This document shows, one piece after another, positions 1 to 12,200 of a stretch of 50,686 nt of DNA. The number at the start of each line of letters is the position of its first letter. Position 1 is the first letter of the stretch. Source of the stretch: Caecitellus pseudoparvulus (taxonomy: Eukaryota; Protista; Bigyra: Bicosoecida). A program made the translations under genes and the position numbers. The notes beneath the pieces were generated by a model that was given only the letters and a program-made list of their open reading frames with translations, had not been told where the DNA came from and did not search any database. The stretch covers positions 1 to 50,686 of the forward strand of contig CBFFRQ010000111.1 in NCBI GenBank assembly GCA_965644315.1, written 5' to 3'.

Positions 1-461
1 GCTGGGCTAAGTCGGCAACTGTGATGGTGGTGCGTGGGCAGGGTTGGGTTGGTGGCTGAGAGTCAGGTGCTGCGCGCCGGCCCACCGTCCGACATGATCG
101 CACTGAGTCGTGGTGTTTTTAGCAGGTTGAGCCTTGGCTGCTGAGAGTGCCTGCAATGGCATTATTTTCGAGGACTACTGCCGCTAGCTCTCTCTGCATT
201 GCACTGCCCGCACCACGCAGACATGCAGAGGGCTGGAGAAAAACGAAAACAACCCCAAGCGACTAGAAAAGTGCACATCACCCGCCTTGTAGCAGTTGTA
301 CCAACCTGCTACGCACTGCTTGGACTGGGAGTGCTGGGCGTTTCAGGCACTGAGCCAGGGTTTGCCCAGCGTTTCGGGCTGCTCCTTGTGCATGACTGCG
401 GGGCACTGAGAGCAGCAGGGGTGGTTGGTCCTGCACATGTGCAAGTCAAACACGTGCCTGG

Positions 462-3292
462 ATGGGTTGGCGTCTGTGGCTCTGCGGGCTCTCTTGTGCT
501 GCTGTGCTGTGTGGGTTTGCCTGCTCCGCTTGCGTTTCATTCCATCCCACAAAACAACCACGTGGCTGGCTGGCGAGGCGATGCTCACTTGTCGCCCGTG
601 GACGCGTCCTCACACAGGTCTCTCTGCAGGATGGGATGCTGACGACTTGGGGGACTTTGACGAGGTGCTGACGGCCTCTCCAGACTCAGCAGGCAGTGGC
701 GGTTCAGACAGTGAGGCTTCCATCGGCTGAGCCAAGCGCATGCCCGCGTCGCGCACAGCGGGCCCACTTCGAGATGCCGCAGGCGTTCAAGATTTGCCAG
801 AAGAGCCGGATCAAGCTGGTATCCCATCCATTCGGGCGTACAAGGAGCGTGTGCGCCTGGCACACAAGCAGCAAGTCGCTGGCACTCGAGACAGCTCTCT
901 GCCAGACGGGGTGGGCACCGTTGTGGACAACGACCCGCCCATGGTGGTGCAGGGGGACGCAGAGGAACGTGGTCCAGTGAATTTCGCCGAGCAAGCTGCG
1001 GGGGCTGTGATCCTGGCCAAGAACGCCGGGGCCAAGGGGTCCAAGAACCTGCTCACGGATGACGAGGACAAGTACTGCATGAGCCCGTGCGGCGAGCAGA
1101 AGTTTGTCGTCATTGGTCTGTCTGAAGACTGCATCGTGCAGAGCTTGACCCTCACCAACCACGAGCGCTACAGCAGCGGTGTTCGGGATTTCCTCGTCCT
1201 CGGCAGCCAGGCCTACCCCACGAAGGAGTGGATGGTGCTGGGCAACTTCACAGCGCTGGACCAGGGCGGCGAGCAAGTCTTCGCCATGCAAACCCGCAAG
1301 GTGTGGGCACGGTACATCAAGCTGGTCTGGAAGAGCCACTACCGCAACGAATACTACTGCACCATGTCCCAGATCAAAGTGCACGGCCAGACCATCATGC
1401 AAGACTTGCACGAAGCGGTGTCTGGCTCGGCCCTCGCAGGTGGATCACCCAGTGCACAGACGGCGACCGAGTCACCTTCTGTGTCGATGCCCGTCGGTGA
1501 TTTGGGCGTGGTCGACTCTCAGGCCTCGCACGCGCCAGGCCCTGAGCCCACCCACGACGCTAGCAGCACACGCAGGGCTGGGGCCACGGAGGCACCCACT
1601 GCAAACGCGACAAGGGGCGATGCCGAGGAGGCGCGTCTTCAGGCCCAGCCCTCCACGGCGCGAGGTACGGTGGAAGCAGCAGGATGCAGCACTTCATCGC
1701 CCGGAGAACGGCATGGAGATCCTCCCACCCCTCAGGAGGCCAGTGTTCAGGCTGACACCCACTTTGTGCAAGGCGCCAGGAATTGCTCGTTCCCGCAGTC
1801 AGCGTTATACGACGTGAGTGCCTCTTGTAGATCTGTGCTGCTCCAAGGCGGCAGGCACACAGACTGGGTATGGTGCCGTGCACTGCTTGGCCCTGCAAAG
1901 GCGCCGGTCCCTGAGCAGCCCAAGCCCCCTCACCGAACAGCAAGCTGGTTGGATAGAATGATGAGAGACGAAGCTGCCGCTGCCATGCTGAACAGGAGCG
2001 CTGCTTGGAGTGTCGTGAGAAGGGCGGGTTTGGCCTCAGAAGGGGATAGTTCCAGTCTGGCCGCGGCAGAGGAACCTGCGCAGCACCCCACGCAGGCCCC
2101 AGCTGCGCTCCAGCATACATGCCCGGCCGCTACGTATTCGATGTACGCAGCCACAGTGTGTTGGCACGAGCTTGACGCCGCAGTAAACCACGAAAGGTTC
2201 GCTGGCAAGCAGCCATCACCCAGCGTCTTTGCCAATGCCACTTCGGATGCAGATGATGCAGCGCCGGCGCCCGTTGCTTCAGACCGGAGGGTTGATGCAG
2301 AGCAAGAGCCCTCTTTGGAGCATGCCTCACCTGCGCCTGGTGTGCCTGCGAATGGGGGCAACACAGCAGTGACCAGCACTCCATCGCGGCAGCATGCCAC
2401 CAACGAAGGGGGCACTGTCGTACCCACACCCAGTGCAAACTTGGACATATCTGCAGAGCTTAGCTCTCCACAGCCACTGGACAGTGCTGGGAATGGCAGC
2501 CATTCACCAGATCCACACTCGGCCGAGCAGTCTCGGCCGGCAAGCAGCCCCGCCAAGGATGGCGTGAAGCCTTCGCAGGGTGAAGAGGGCGAGACACGGG
2601 CCGACAGCAAGGCGGGCTTGGAAGCGCAGCAGCCGCCGGCAGCGGATCCCAATGCTTCGAACTCATCTGCTGCTGTCCTCCTTGCAGCTGTTGAGCCGGG
2701 AGGGGTGGCAGTTCCCGAGGCTTCGGATGCAGTCCTGCCAGCTGAGGCAGTCGTCCCAGTCCTCACCTCCCTGTCCCCCATCTCGACCAAGGGCAGCCCT
2801 GCACAAAGCCTGTTCAAGCAGCTGCACAGTCAAGTGCACGACCTCGCCCTGCAGCAGCACGCATTGGACGCATACTTGGAGGACTTTCGTGCGGCGTACG
2901 ACAAAGTCATCAAAGGCCTGAAAGTCCGCCTGGACACGAGCACTGCCTCAGCTGCAGAAGCGACAGCTGCCCGAGCTGCGCTGGAGGCCAAAGTGGCAGC
3001 CTGCCATACCAACTCTTCCAGGCTGCAGGCCCAACTAGATGCTCTGCAGGCAAACCTGACGCTCGCTGCTCTCTCCGGGACGGCAGCCCAGCACCAATCT
3101 GGAGTGCTGAAGGGCAGCCTGGCCCCAAGCTGGCTAGCAGCGGCGGTGCAGGCAGCCAAGGCGGAGCTGCACATTAGCTCTGATGAGTTTGTTCTTCTGT
3201 GTGCACTGGCGGCAGCGGCCAGCGCCGTGGTGTCCATTGCAAGCTTGCTCTGCGTTTACTTATGCAGCCGAGTCACCCGCACGCCTGCGTGA
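462..3292 (+). CDS. Mid-SUN (SLP1/SUCO-like) SUN-domain membrane protein, probably spliced at the 5' end
   Basis: ORF 740..3292 carries a SUN/Sad1-UNC84 domain (NFAEQAAGAVIL...NLLTDDEDKYCMSPC...FVVIGLSEDC...LTNHERYSSGVRDFLVLGSQAYPTKEW...RYIKL...HYRNEYYCTMSQIKVHG), a coiled coil and a C-terminal hydrophobic helix. ATG 462 gives a signal-peptide-like start (MGWRLWLCGLSCAAVLC). A 48-nt GTGAG...CACAG intron at 711..758 would remove the in-frame TGA at 728-730. The first intron (acceptor near ctctgcag, ~629) is inferred. Confidence 0.85.
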
Positions 3293-3339
3293 ATGTACTT
3301 CTTGCATGTTCTCGGCTTGCCCACTCACTGTGCATGCAT

Positions 3340-6248
3340 TCAGGATTGTGTGTGACGCAGCTGCACTCGCAAAACGCCAAAGAGTGCCTTCGACACGTCC
3401 GGGTGCTGCGTCCTGACCTCCGCAGCGTATCCGCCCTCTGTGACTGCGACCTTCACCAAGCACCCAACAGCAACCTTGGCTCCAGTCGCCTGGGAGACAG
3501 TGGTTGTCTTGTAGCTTGCAGCGCCATACACGGCAGCGGCATCGCGGAGGGTCTCAGCAAAGCCGAGAGCGGCGAGCAAGTCCCCTGCATCCTGGACAGC
3601 CGGTGCGGCACACTCCACTATGCCCGCCTCTGGCTTCAAAGTTCGCCACCGCTGCGCATATGCTTCTTTCGACACGGGCACCGGCACGATGAAGTGGTTG
3701 GGAAACAGGGGCAGTCGCAGAGGGTACGCGTGGCCATTGGACGGGGCGGACAGGAACGACACTTGCAAATCAGCCGGAGCGCCAAACGGGCGCAAGCTCT
3801 CCACCTGCACTGGCACCTGCGCGGGTTTGCCTGGGTACACAACTTTGGACACGTCCTGCACCTCAGCAGACATGTATGGCACTGGTGGCACGCGGACCTT
3901 GAGCAGGTTCAGCGGGGCAGCTGTCTTGTTGGTGATGGTGAGGGTGATGGTGCCTTCTTCCCCTCGCACGCCCACATCGGCTTCTATGTCCACAGTTGCA
4001 TCACGGTACAGTGGCCCAGAGCGCTTGGTGGCAAATGCTGCCAGCCAAGCAGCGAGAGGGGCTGTCTTGTCCAGCCCAATGCGCTGGGTGGCTTCCGTCG
4101 GCAGGGCAGCGTCGCTGTGCGCTGCTGCAGGGGCGGGGCTGGCGGACATGCCGAGCAAGTCATCATCGTCACTGTCACTGACTTCGGCCTCCTCTGCCTC
4201 CTCCCCAACGTCTGCCTCTGCTACAGATCCGGCGCCAGTTCCGGCCCCCGCACCGTGTTCAGCAGCCGCACCAGCGTCCCCGCCACCCTCAGAGCCGGCC
4301 CAGTGGTCCGTGTCTGCCCGAGCCCGCTTGCTTTCTGCCAGGCGCCGCTCAAGCCGAGACTTCTTCTCGGGAAATGCCGGCATGGCCCCCAGCACAGCAG
4401 CTGTGACGCCATCTTCCACAAGGGGCAGATGGAAATACTCCACTGCTCGTTGCTGCAGCTCGGCATCCATGACTGCCGAGTACTTCTCGAACAGTGGCAG
4501 AATGGAGGGCTTCAAGGGGGGGTAGAAGTTCTGCAGCTTCAAGAAGGTCGTCAGCAGCAGAGCCTTACAGGGCGTGCTCACAGACTCCAGGTGCTGCTGC
4601 AGTGCTGCGAACTGCTGCCCGCCGGTGACGGGGCTGGCAATGTCACCGCACGTCTCGGCGTTGGCAAGCAAGAACCCGAACTCGCCAAGGATGTAGCCGC
4701 CCAACTTGACAGCAGTCTCGTGCGCGACAGGGGCCTCCACGACCTGGAATAGCTTGTGAGCCGCGTAAGCTTGCAGCTCTGTGTGGTTGGTCACGATGTA
4801 CACCACGCGGTGCCAGATGTCGTCTGAGACAAAGTCCCCTGCAGTGGACACCAGCTCCATGATGGTGTCCACGTACCACTTGAGGTTCGGCGCGAAGCGC
4901 TCCGACAGAATAGCAAGGCGCAGAACCATCTCCTCCTTGATGGCGAACTCGGCGACCGACAGGTACGACAGCAGTTCCTTCACGATGGAAATGGCGTTGC
5001 TGCGGTCACACATGGCAAAGAGCAGGTCCAGAGCTCGGCGCCGAATGGAGAGGTCGGCGTCTTTCAGCGACAGCAGCACGCGCTCCTGCTCACGCTTGAT
5101 GATTGGCAGGGTGCCGGGAAGCTTGGATAGCTTGGTCATGCACACCAGGCCCAAGTACCGGATGTTGGGCTCCTTGATGTTGATGAACCTGGTCAAGTGC
5201 TGCATGGCCAAGTTGCGCATGCTCGTCTCAGACTCCTCGCCGTACTTGATGATGAGGTTGACAGCCTCGAACAGCACAGCGTGGTCGGCGTTGTTGCGGT
5301 TCACCGAGCGAGTGATCTTCGTGCCATTCAGGATCTTCTCCAGGGTCTCGCACAGGATGCTGTCCACGCCCGCCTCTGACGGGCGCGGGAACAACTGCAG
5401 AAACCGCAGGCACTGAACTTGGAACCAGGGCGCGTTGGTGTGGTGGTACTTGAAGTCTTCACGGAGAATGCCAGCCTGCGCAGCCTGCAGGAGGCGCACG
5501 ACGGTAGGCACAGCCGAGGCAAAGGAGTCCAGCGCCTTGGGTGCAACGCCCGTCAGAAGCAACAGCCCAGCCATCTTGACAGAGACGTCCCGGTCATCCA
5601 GGAGCTTCAGCACTTGCGGCGAGTACTCTGGCAGTGGCAGGTAGTCTGGGTCCACGCGGAAGACCCGCAGAAGGGCGAGCGCAGCACGCCGCCGAACTGG
5701 GGGAAAGGCTGCCACGGAGAAGGTCTTCTCACGTACGTCAGGGGCCAAGGCTGCGCCCATGCGCTTGCCGCCCTTGTTGGCAATGGCGCTCAACGCCATG
5801 CACTGCACGCTGTCCAGCGGGCTGCGCAAGTCCTCCCGGATGGCCGCGCAGACAGCCCCCATGGACTCGTCCTGCTGCCCCACCAGCACGGAAACCGCCA
5901 TGTACCCCGCCACCTTCTCAGCAAACGTGGCGCCGCCCAGCAGCTTCTTGACCTGCTCCATGCCAAAGTCCACCTCGTACCCCAGCATGAAGATGTAGAT
6001 CAGCTTCCATGTGTACTTCTTCCGGTCGTACGCAGTTTCACGAGAGCCTGCAAAGTGCTTTCGGATGTTTGCCAGCTCCTTGTCAACCCGGCTCTGCTCC
6101 TCTTCGCGATTGGCGCCTGGGCGTGGCAGGCGTGGTGGTGTGTGCTGGCACTGCACGTTTCAGCACGGCGTTTCGATGCGCCCTGCCTGCCTTTCCTGCC
6201 CTACGCACACTTTCGCACTTCCCCAATGAAATTCGTCAGTCCTCGCAT
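3340..6248 (-). CDS. AP2A: AP-2 complex subunit alpha (alpha-adaptin)
   Basis: Adaptin N-terminal trunk (RVDKELANIRKHF...YDRKKYTWKLIYIFMLGYEVDFG; EPNIRYLGL; DLSIRRRALDLL; ELQQRAVEY), hinge and ear domain. Exon 1 at 6248..6209 (MRGLTNFIGEVRK) plus a 92-nt GT..AG intron (6208..6117) restores the canonical N-terminus MRGLTNFIGEVRKCANREEE. Confidence 0.95.
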
Positions 6249-7088
6249 GTATGCCATCGTGCCTCTGCGTCCACAGTCTTGGCGCCAGCCCTGGCGGCGG
6301 AAGTGCCTGACTTCGTACGCTGGTGCTGCGGCACGGCCCACTGACCCTGCAAGTGCAAGCTTCAGGATAAGGGAGACAATTGAGATCTCAGAGGACCTCT
6401 GGAGAAGGGTGTTCTTGTCGTGGTTATTGTGTTTTGTGAGAGAAAATGCTTGGGGGCGCTCTCAGTGCTTGCTGCATCGTGCGCCAACGGAAGCGGGCAG
6501 AAAGTGGTCATGAAGCAACCCACAGAATCGACGGCTGGACTGGGGGGATCTGAACGATAGGGTGCAGAGAACATCTGCATCCCTTGCACCTGCCAGCCCA
6601 GCGTCTGCAATGCTGCAGCGTCGGGGCGAGTTGAGAAATTGCGATGAATGGTGTACGCTGCCCTTCAAGGCACGGTCAGCACAGGCAGGAAGAGGAGCGC
6701 CCTAAGCATGTCAATGAGAGGCTTACTGCAGCCTCCTGTTTTAAAGCCCTGCAACTTCTCTTGGCACACCATTCTGTGTGGCACTGGCTGCGGTTGGATA
6801 CAGTCCGTGAGTGGTCCGGATTATCTCGGGCACGCGCCAGCCGGACAAATAGGCTTTCCGAACCAAAAGAAGGGGAGCGATCGATGCATGCAAGAGCAAT
6901 GCTTGTTGTTATTGGATGCAAGTTCTTGTGCTGAAGTCCCCACTTGTGGCCTGATCTTGGTTCAGGTACCTGACAGGGACAGGCCATCGCCGATGCGCCG
7001 CAGTCGATTTGCTGTGGTGCCGCAAGCAGGCACACAAGGAAACCTTTAGCTAGAGCCCTACGATTAATGTGGAGTGCGCTTTACGAAG

Positions 7089-8729
7089 ATGCCGACAACT
7101 CGCAGTGGGCGGCGAATCGGTGGAGTGAAGCGCGTGCGGAAGTTGCATGCGGCACAAGGCAGCAGTGCTCCGAAAGCGCCACGCAAGGCATGGGTGACAG
7201 ACAGCGAGTTGACCGCAATGTCTGTGGATGCATGCTTTGATCGCATAAACGCACCGCCTTCCTGGGTCTGTGATGAGCGAGGTACCACGGAGGACCTCTA
7301 CCTGGTCCTGGCCACTGGTGCAATCTTGCAGAAGGACCTTGCCGCACGCCAGGCCCGCAGCTCTGCATGCCCCCTCATCTTGGCCCTGAACGAGCCAGCC
7401 CACCCAGTGATCCTCGTGCATTCTCGCCGGCAGGTGGACGTGTCCCGGGAGATCGTGGAAGGCAGCGTGCTGCACAGGATGCGGGCAACTCTGGCGAAGC
7501 TGCAGAGGGTCTCAGCGCCGGCCGTTGGCGCCCGCCGTCGCTGGGGCAGGATCCGAGCCCTGGTGCATTTCTTAACTCTGCCGAGTTTCTCCCTTGCAGC
7601 TCGCCGCGCTCGTCGAGTTGAAAGCCTCAAGCACGCCGCACTCTTCAGAATGCGCAACCTTTCTCTCGCCAAAGCCTTCTCAGCTTGGAAAGGGCACAGG
7701 CAGGCTCACGCAGAGCCAGCGTGGGACCCAAGGGCAGGCTACACAGGCTTGGACAATTTAGGCAACACGTGCTACATGAATTCTGTCCTGCAGTGCCTCC
7801 TACATTCCCCGACCATCCTGAGTGCACTCGGGATCCATCCAGGCGGACTTGGGCGGAGTGCTCTCAGGCCGCCCAGCAAGCACAGACCCCTGCTTGGAGC
7901 AGCACCGCCTGCTCAGGCCATCCTCAGCGAGGAGCTGCGCGATTTGGCCTTGCAGACCCTTGCAGTGCGAAAGCTGGCAGCCTTCTCGCCGGACGATTTC
8001 TTGGCTACCCAGTGGCGATTATTCCCACAGTTTGTCGGGTTTCAACAGCAAGATGCCCACGAGTTCTTCGTTGCAGCCCTGTCCCGGCTGCAGGACGAGC
8101 GACTCCCTGGAGTTCCAACAAGCATGGCCACTGCTTGTGCATATGCTGAGACGAGCCACATAGAATGCCACGCCTGTGGTCATCGTCGCTCGTCCACTTG
8201 CGCCAGCGCAGGGCCGCTCTCCCTTGACCTGCCTCCGTTGCCGCCCTCCCATCGGAGACGCAAGCACCGCTTGCACCTGCAAGATCTAGTTGCGCACAGG
8301 TATGACACTCAAGAGCAGTTCCCGCACGGTCTTGACTGTCCAGGGTGCGGCAAGCGTGAGCCTGCGACTCGAACGCTGAGCCTTTCCACGCTTCCAACAG
8401 TGCTTGTGATTCACATTCCCCGAACATCCTGGAGAGGGGGTGGCCGCAAGCTACTTGAGGCCGTTGACGCTGTCTCAAAGCCGCTGCTGCTGGGCCCCTC
8501 ACAAGACACCGGGAAGCCTGCAAGCTATACGTGTACAGGAGTGATTGTGCATCATGGTCGGCAAATGGGAGGTGGCCATTACCCAGCGTACTGCAAAAGC
8601 CTCAGTGGAACGGCTTGGCTGCACTTCAACGATAGAAAAGTCAAACAAGTCCCCGAAGAGCATGTCGCCGCGTTGCAGGCATATTTGTGTGTCTTTGAAG
8701 CAGAGGAGGCCGCCATGGTTGGCCCTTGA
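7089..8729 (+). CDS. Ubiquitin-specific protease (peptidase C19)
   Basis: Cys box GLDNLGNTCYMNSVLQCL, QQDAHEF motif, two CxxC finger motifs (CHAC, CPGC), His box HHG...GGHY and W.HFND. First ATG is at 7089. Confidence 0.92.
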   Translation: MPTTRSGRRIGGVKRVRKLHAAQGSSAPKAPRKAWVTDSELTAMSVDACFDRINAPPSWVCDERGTTEDLYLVLATGAILQKDLAARQARSSACPLILALNEPAHPVILVHSRRQVDVSREIVEGSVLHRMRATLAKLQRVSAPAVGARRRWGRIRALVHFLTLPSFSLAARRARRVESLKHAALFRMRNLSLAKAFSAWKGHRQAHAEPAWDPRAGYTGLDNLGNTCYMNSVLQCLLHSPTILSALGIHPGGLGRSALRPPSKHRPLLGAAPPAQAILSEELRDLALQTLAVRKLAAFSPDDFLATQWRLFPQFVGFQQQDAHEFFVAALSRLQDERLPGVPTSMATACAYAETSHIECHACGHRRSSTCASAGPLSLDLPPLPPSHRRRKHRLHLQDLVAHRYDTQEQFPHGLDCPGCGKREPATRTLSLSTLPTVLVIHIPRTSWRGGGRKLLEAVDAVSKPLLLGPSQDTGKPASYTCTGVIVHHGRQMGGGHYPAYCKSLSGTAWLHFNDRKVKQVPEEHVAALQAYLCVFEAEEAAMVGP

Positions 8730-9215
8730 TCTTTGTAGCTCACGGTAAAGCTTCGGACTTTGGTCCTAGTTGGTGGAGTCGAGGTGTGACACGCTCGTGT
8801 GCGCCGAGAATGCACCACTCCATGGCCCGCAGCCAAACCCTTTGGAAGTCAGCAAGTAGTCGCGTGTCCCTTGGGCAGTGCCTGCACTTGCATGCTGAGG
8901 ATGGCTGGTGCAGGCAAGTCCAGGTGTGCCGCCCAATGCGGTGGACCAGAAGGTGGAAATCGTAACAGACGCAAGGAGAGAGGGGGGTAGAGTGGTAAGC
9001 ACTGGGAGTTCCACGACCCGGACACAATGCAATCAGGTGAACGAAATTGCCCTCTACGATTTTTGAGTGCTTGGACTTCAGCGAGCCTTCATCTGGGACA
9101 AGCGGTAGCTGGCGGTGGTGTGGGGGAGCGCCAGGAGTTTGCCGCAGCAACAGCTTGGCATCTTGAATAAGAAGGAAGCTAAGGCAGAAACCCAGTGGAA
9201 AGTGGAGCACTAACG

Positions 9216-12200
9216 ATGAACCCATTTGGCGCTGGTGGACTGTTCGGCAGTCTTGGGGGCTGGTTTGGCTCGCAATCTCAGCCCCCGACCCAGCCTGTCT
9301 CACAATCAACTTCCGCAGGCGTGTTTGGCGCTGGCGCAGGCCAGCCGTTGATGGGAATGGGGGCTTCTAGCAGTCAAGGAATGGGATCTGGCATGCAAAG
9401 CCAATCTACATGGGGCGGCACTGCCACTAGCCTCGGTGGTGCGCACGGAACAAGCGGTGGCATCGGTTCTGGACTTCAGCCAAGCGGTGGCGGTGGTCAA
9501 GGCTGGAGAGGTCGCGGCATCAGTGGAGGTGGAGGTGGTGGATTGAACCTGTTCGGGGGCGGAGGCAGTGGGGTGGGCACATCGCCTGGGGTCTCTGGGG
9601 GCGGCCGTGGGAGGAGTGGAGGGAAGGGGAAAGGCCGGGGGCATGCGGATGGAGGTGGTGGGAGTGGGCTGATGGTGGGCGGTGGAGGTAGCGGTGGAGG
9701 CGGTGGTGGATTGAACCTGTTCGGGGGCGGAGGCAGTGGGGTGGGCACATCGCCTGGGGCCTCTGGAGGCAGCCGTGGGAGGAGTGGAGGGAAGGGGAAA
9801 GGCCGGGGGCATGCGGATGGAGGTGGTGGGAGTGGGCTGATGGTGGGCGGTGGAGGTAGCGGTGGAGGCGGTGGTGGGTTGAACCTGTTCGGGGGCGGAG
9901 GCAGTGGGGTGGGCACATCGCCTGGGGCCTCTGGAGGCAGCCGTGGGAGGAGTGGAGGTAAGGGGAAGGGCCGGGGGCATGCGGATGGAGGTGGTGGGAG
10001 TGGGCTGATGGTGGGCGGTGGAGGTAGCGGTGGAGGCGGTGGTGGATTGAACCTGTTCGGGGGCGGAGGCAGTGGGGTGGGCACATCGCCTGGGGTCTCT
10101 GGGGGCGGCCGTGGGAGGAGTGGAGGTAAGGGGAAGGGCCGGGGGCATGCGGATGGAGGTGGTGGGAGTGGAGGGAGTGGGCTGATGGTGGGCGGTGGAG
10201 GTAGCGGTGGAGGCGGTGGTGGATTGAACCTGTTCGGGGGCGGGGGTGGGGGCGCTGGAGGCGGAGCGGCTGGTTTAGTCAGTGGGAGTGCAGGTTTGTA
10301 CAGTGCGGATGGGTTTCTTGGTTCAGGCCCGGCTGAAGCCCAGGATCACCCGGCGCAAGTTTCCCACTTTGGTGGACCAAACTCGTCTCGACAGCAGAAG
10401 TCCGCCAAACGAGAGAAGCCTTCAGGGGGGGCGTCTCGCAAAGAAGAGCATGGTATTGCTCGCAGCGTTGGCACGTCGGGAAGGGCTCGTCAAGGTTCTC
10501 AGACTCGGGAGCGTGAAGGAAACGAACTGTTTGTGCGGGGCGTTCCAAAGCAAGCCACCGCGGATACCATTGCAGCCGCCTTTGCAACTGCGGGACAAGT
10601 GGAACACGTGTGGTGCAGCGCGGCCAAGGGCTTGGCACTGGTGAGGTTCGCCGACCATGCAGGGGCGGCTTCGGGGCTGAGGAGGGTGAAGAAGGTGTCA
10701 GGGAAGGGGGTGCATGTGGTGTGGTCGTCTGGGCATGGGGCGTGGACGAAGTCTGCTGAGGAGTGGGTGCGTGGAGGGAGTGATGGTGAGGCGGAGGAAG
10801 ATGGTGGCCTTGGTGTGGTGGAATGGAGTGAAGGAGGTGAGAGTACAGGTGGTGCGGGTTCTGACATGCCCCGTTTCACGATCACCACAGGGGCGTATGA
10901 TGATGATGTAGAGGACGATCAAGTTGGGCAAGAGTTCAGCGGGGATGCGTATGTTTCCAGGGCTTCCGCCGCTGAGCAGCAGATGCAGGCTGCAGTCTCA
11001 GTTTCGAGCAGGCGCGGATCAGTGCCGAATAAGGCCAGATCTGTGCCTGGCGGACGCCGGCAGGGTGGGTTTGATGCAGGGGCTGGTGAAGAGGGTGTGG
11101 AGCTGTTTGTGCGCGGGGTTCCAAAGCAAGCCACCGCGGATACCATTGCAGCCGCCTTTGCAGCTGCGGGACAAGTGGAACACGTGTGGTGGAGCGCGGC
11201 CAAGGGCCTGGCACTGGTGAGGTTTGCCGACCATGCAGGGGCGGCTGCGGGGCTGAGGAGGGTGAAGAAGGTGTCAGGGAAGGGGGTGCATGTGGTGTGG
11301 TCGTCTGGGCATGGGGCGTGGACGAAGTCTGCTGAGGAGTGGGTGCGTGGAGGGAGTGATGGTGAGGCGGAGGAAGATGAAGAGGAAGACTTGCCACTGC
11401 ACCCCCAACGTCTTCAGGTGCGCATCGCGTCAAGCCCTGACGAGTCGGAAGCGCGCAGGGCTCCTGCTAGCCCCGGACGAGCCGAACGTCACGCCTCTGG
11501 CTTCACTGACCACGCACCTGCTGCGAGTTTGGTTTCAGCCGGTCAAGATCGGCCAAGGAACTTCATTCACGCCCATGCATCTCGCTCCATGCAGGATGCG
11601 GAACCAGTTTCCACCACTGACCAGGCCAGTGGCCCATACAAAGGCTGGCCGATGGTGGGGCCAGGCATGAAAGGCAGGTGTGCCGACATGTGTCCCAGGA
11701 GTGAGCGTGATCGCCGAGTCGCAGACTGCGAACTGTCCGCCTTTGAAACGCAAGTTGATGGCATGCCGGGCACTGCCCAAGATCTGATGATCAAGCGACA
11801 CCAGCGTTCTGCAGCAGCATCCAGCGTGCACGAAGCTGAACTGCGCTCCCCGGCAACATTGGCTCGAACGATGGACTACCTCTGCGAGCACGTCCTCGAT
11901 GCGGACAAGCGCATGCCGCACCCTCAGTTCACGTCGCGCAGTGGAATGCCAGGTTCCCCATCGCTCCTCGACATCTTCAATTTCACGTTCGACCGCACAA
12001 GGGCCATCCGCAGCGACTTTAGCGTCCAAGGCTACGGTGTAGGGCGAAACGACGCACTCGCCATGCAAGTCCATGAGCAGATTGTCCGCTTTCATGTTCT
12101 GTCAATCTATGAACTCTGCGAGGAACCGGATTTTCAAGGAGGTCTGAACGATGCTGAACTGAACAACGCGCTGAAGACCCTGATGACGCTGTACAGCGAT

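Noticed and set aside
728-730. In-frame TGA between ORFs 425..730 and 740..3292 as readthrough or selenocysteine
   Set aside because: A 48-nt GTGAG...CACAG intron (711-758) removes it in frame, which is the simpler explanation.
3199-6513. Long plus-strand ORFs (517, 364 and 301 aa)
   Set aside because: Antisense shadows of the alpha-adaptin gene in GC-rich DNA.
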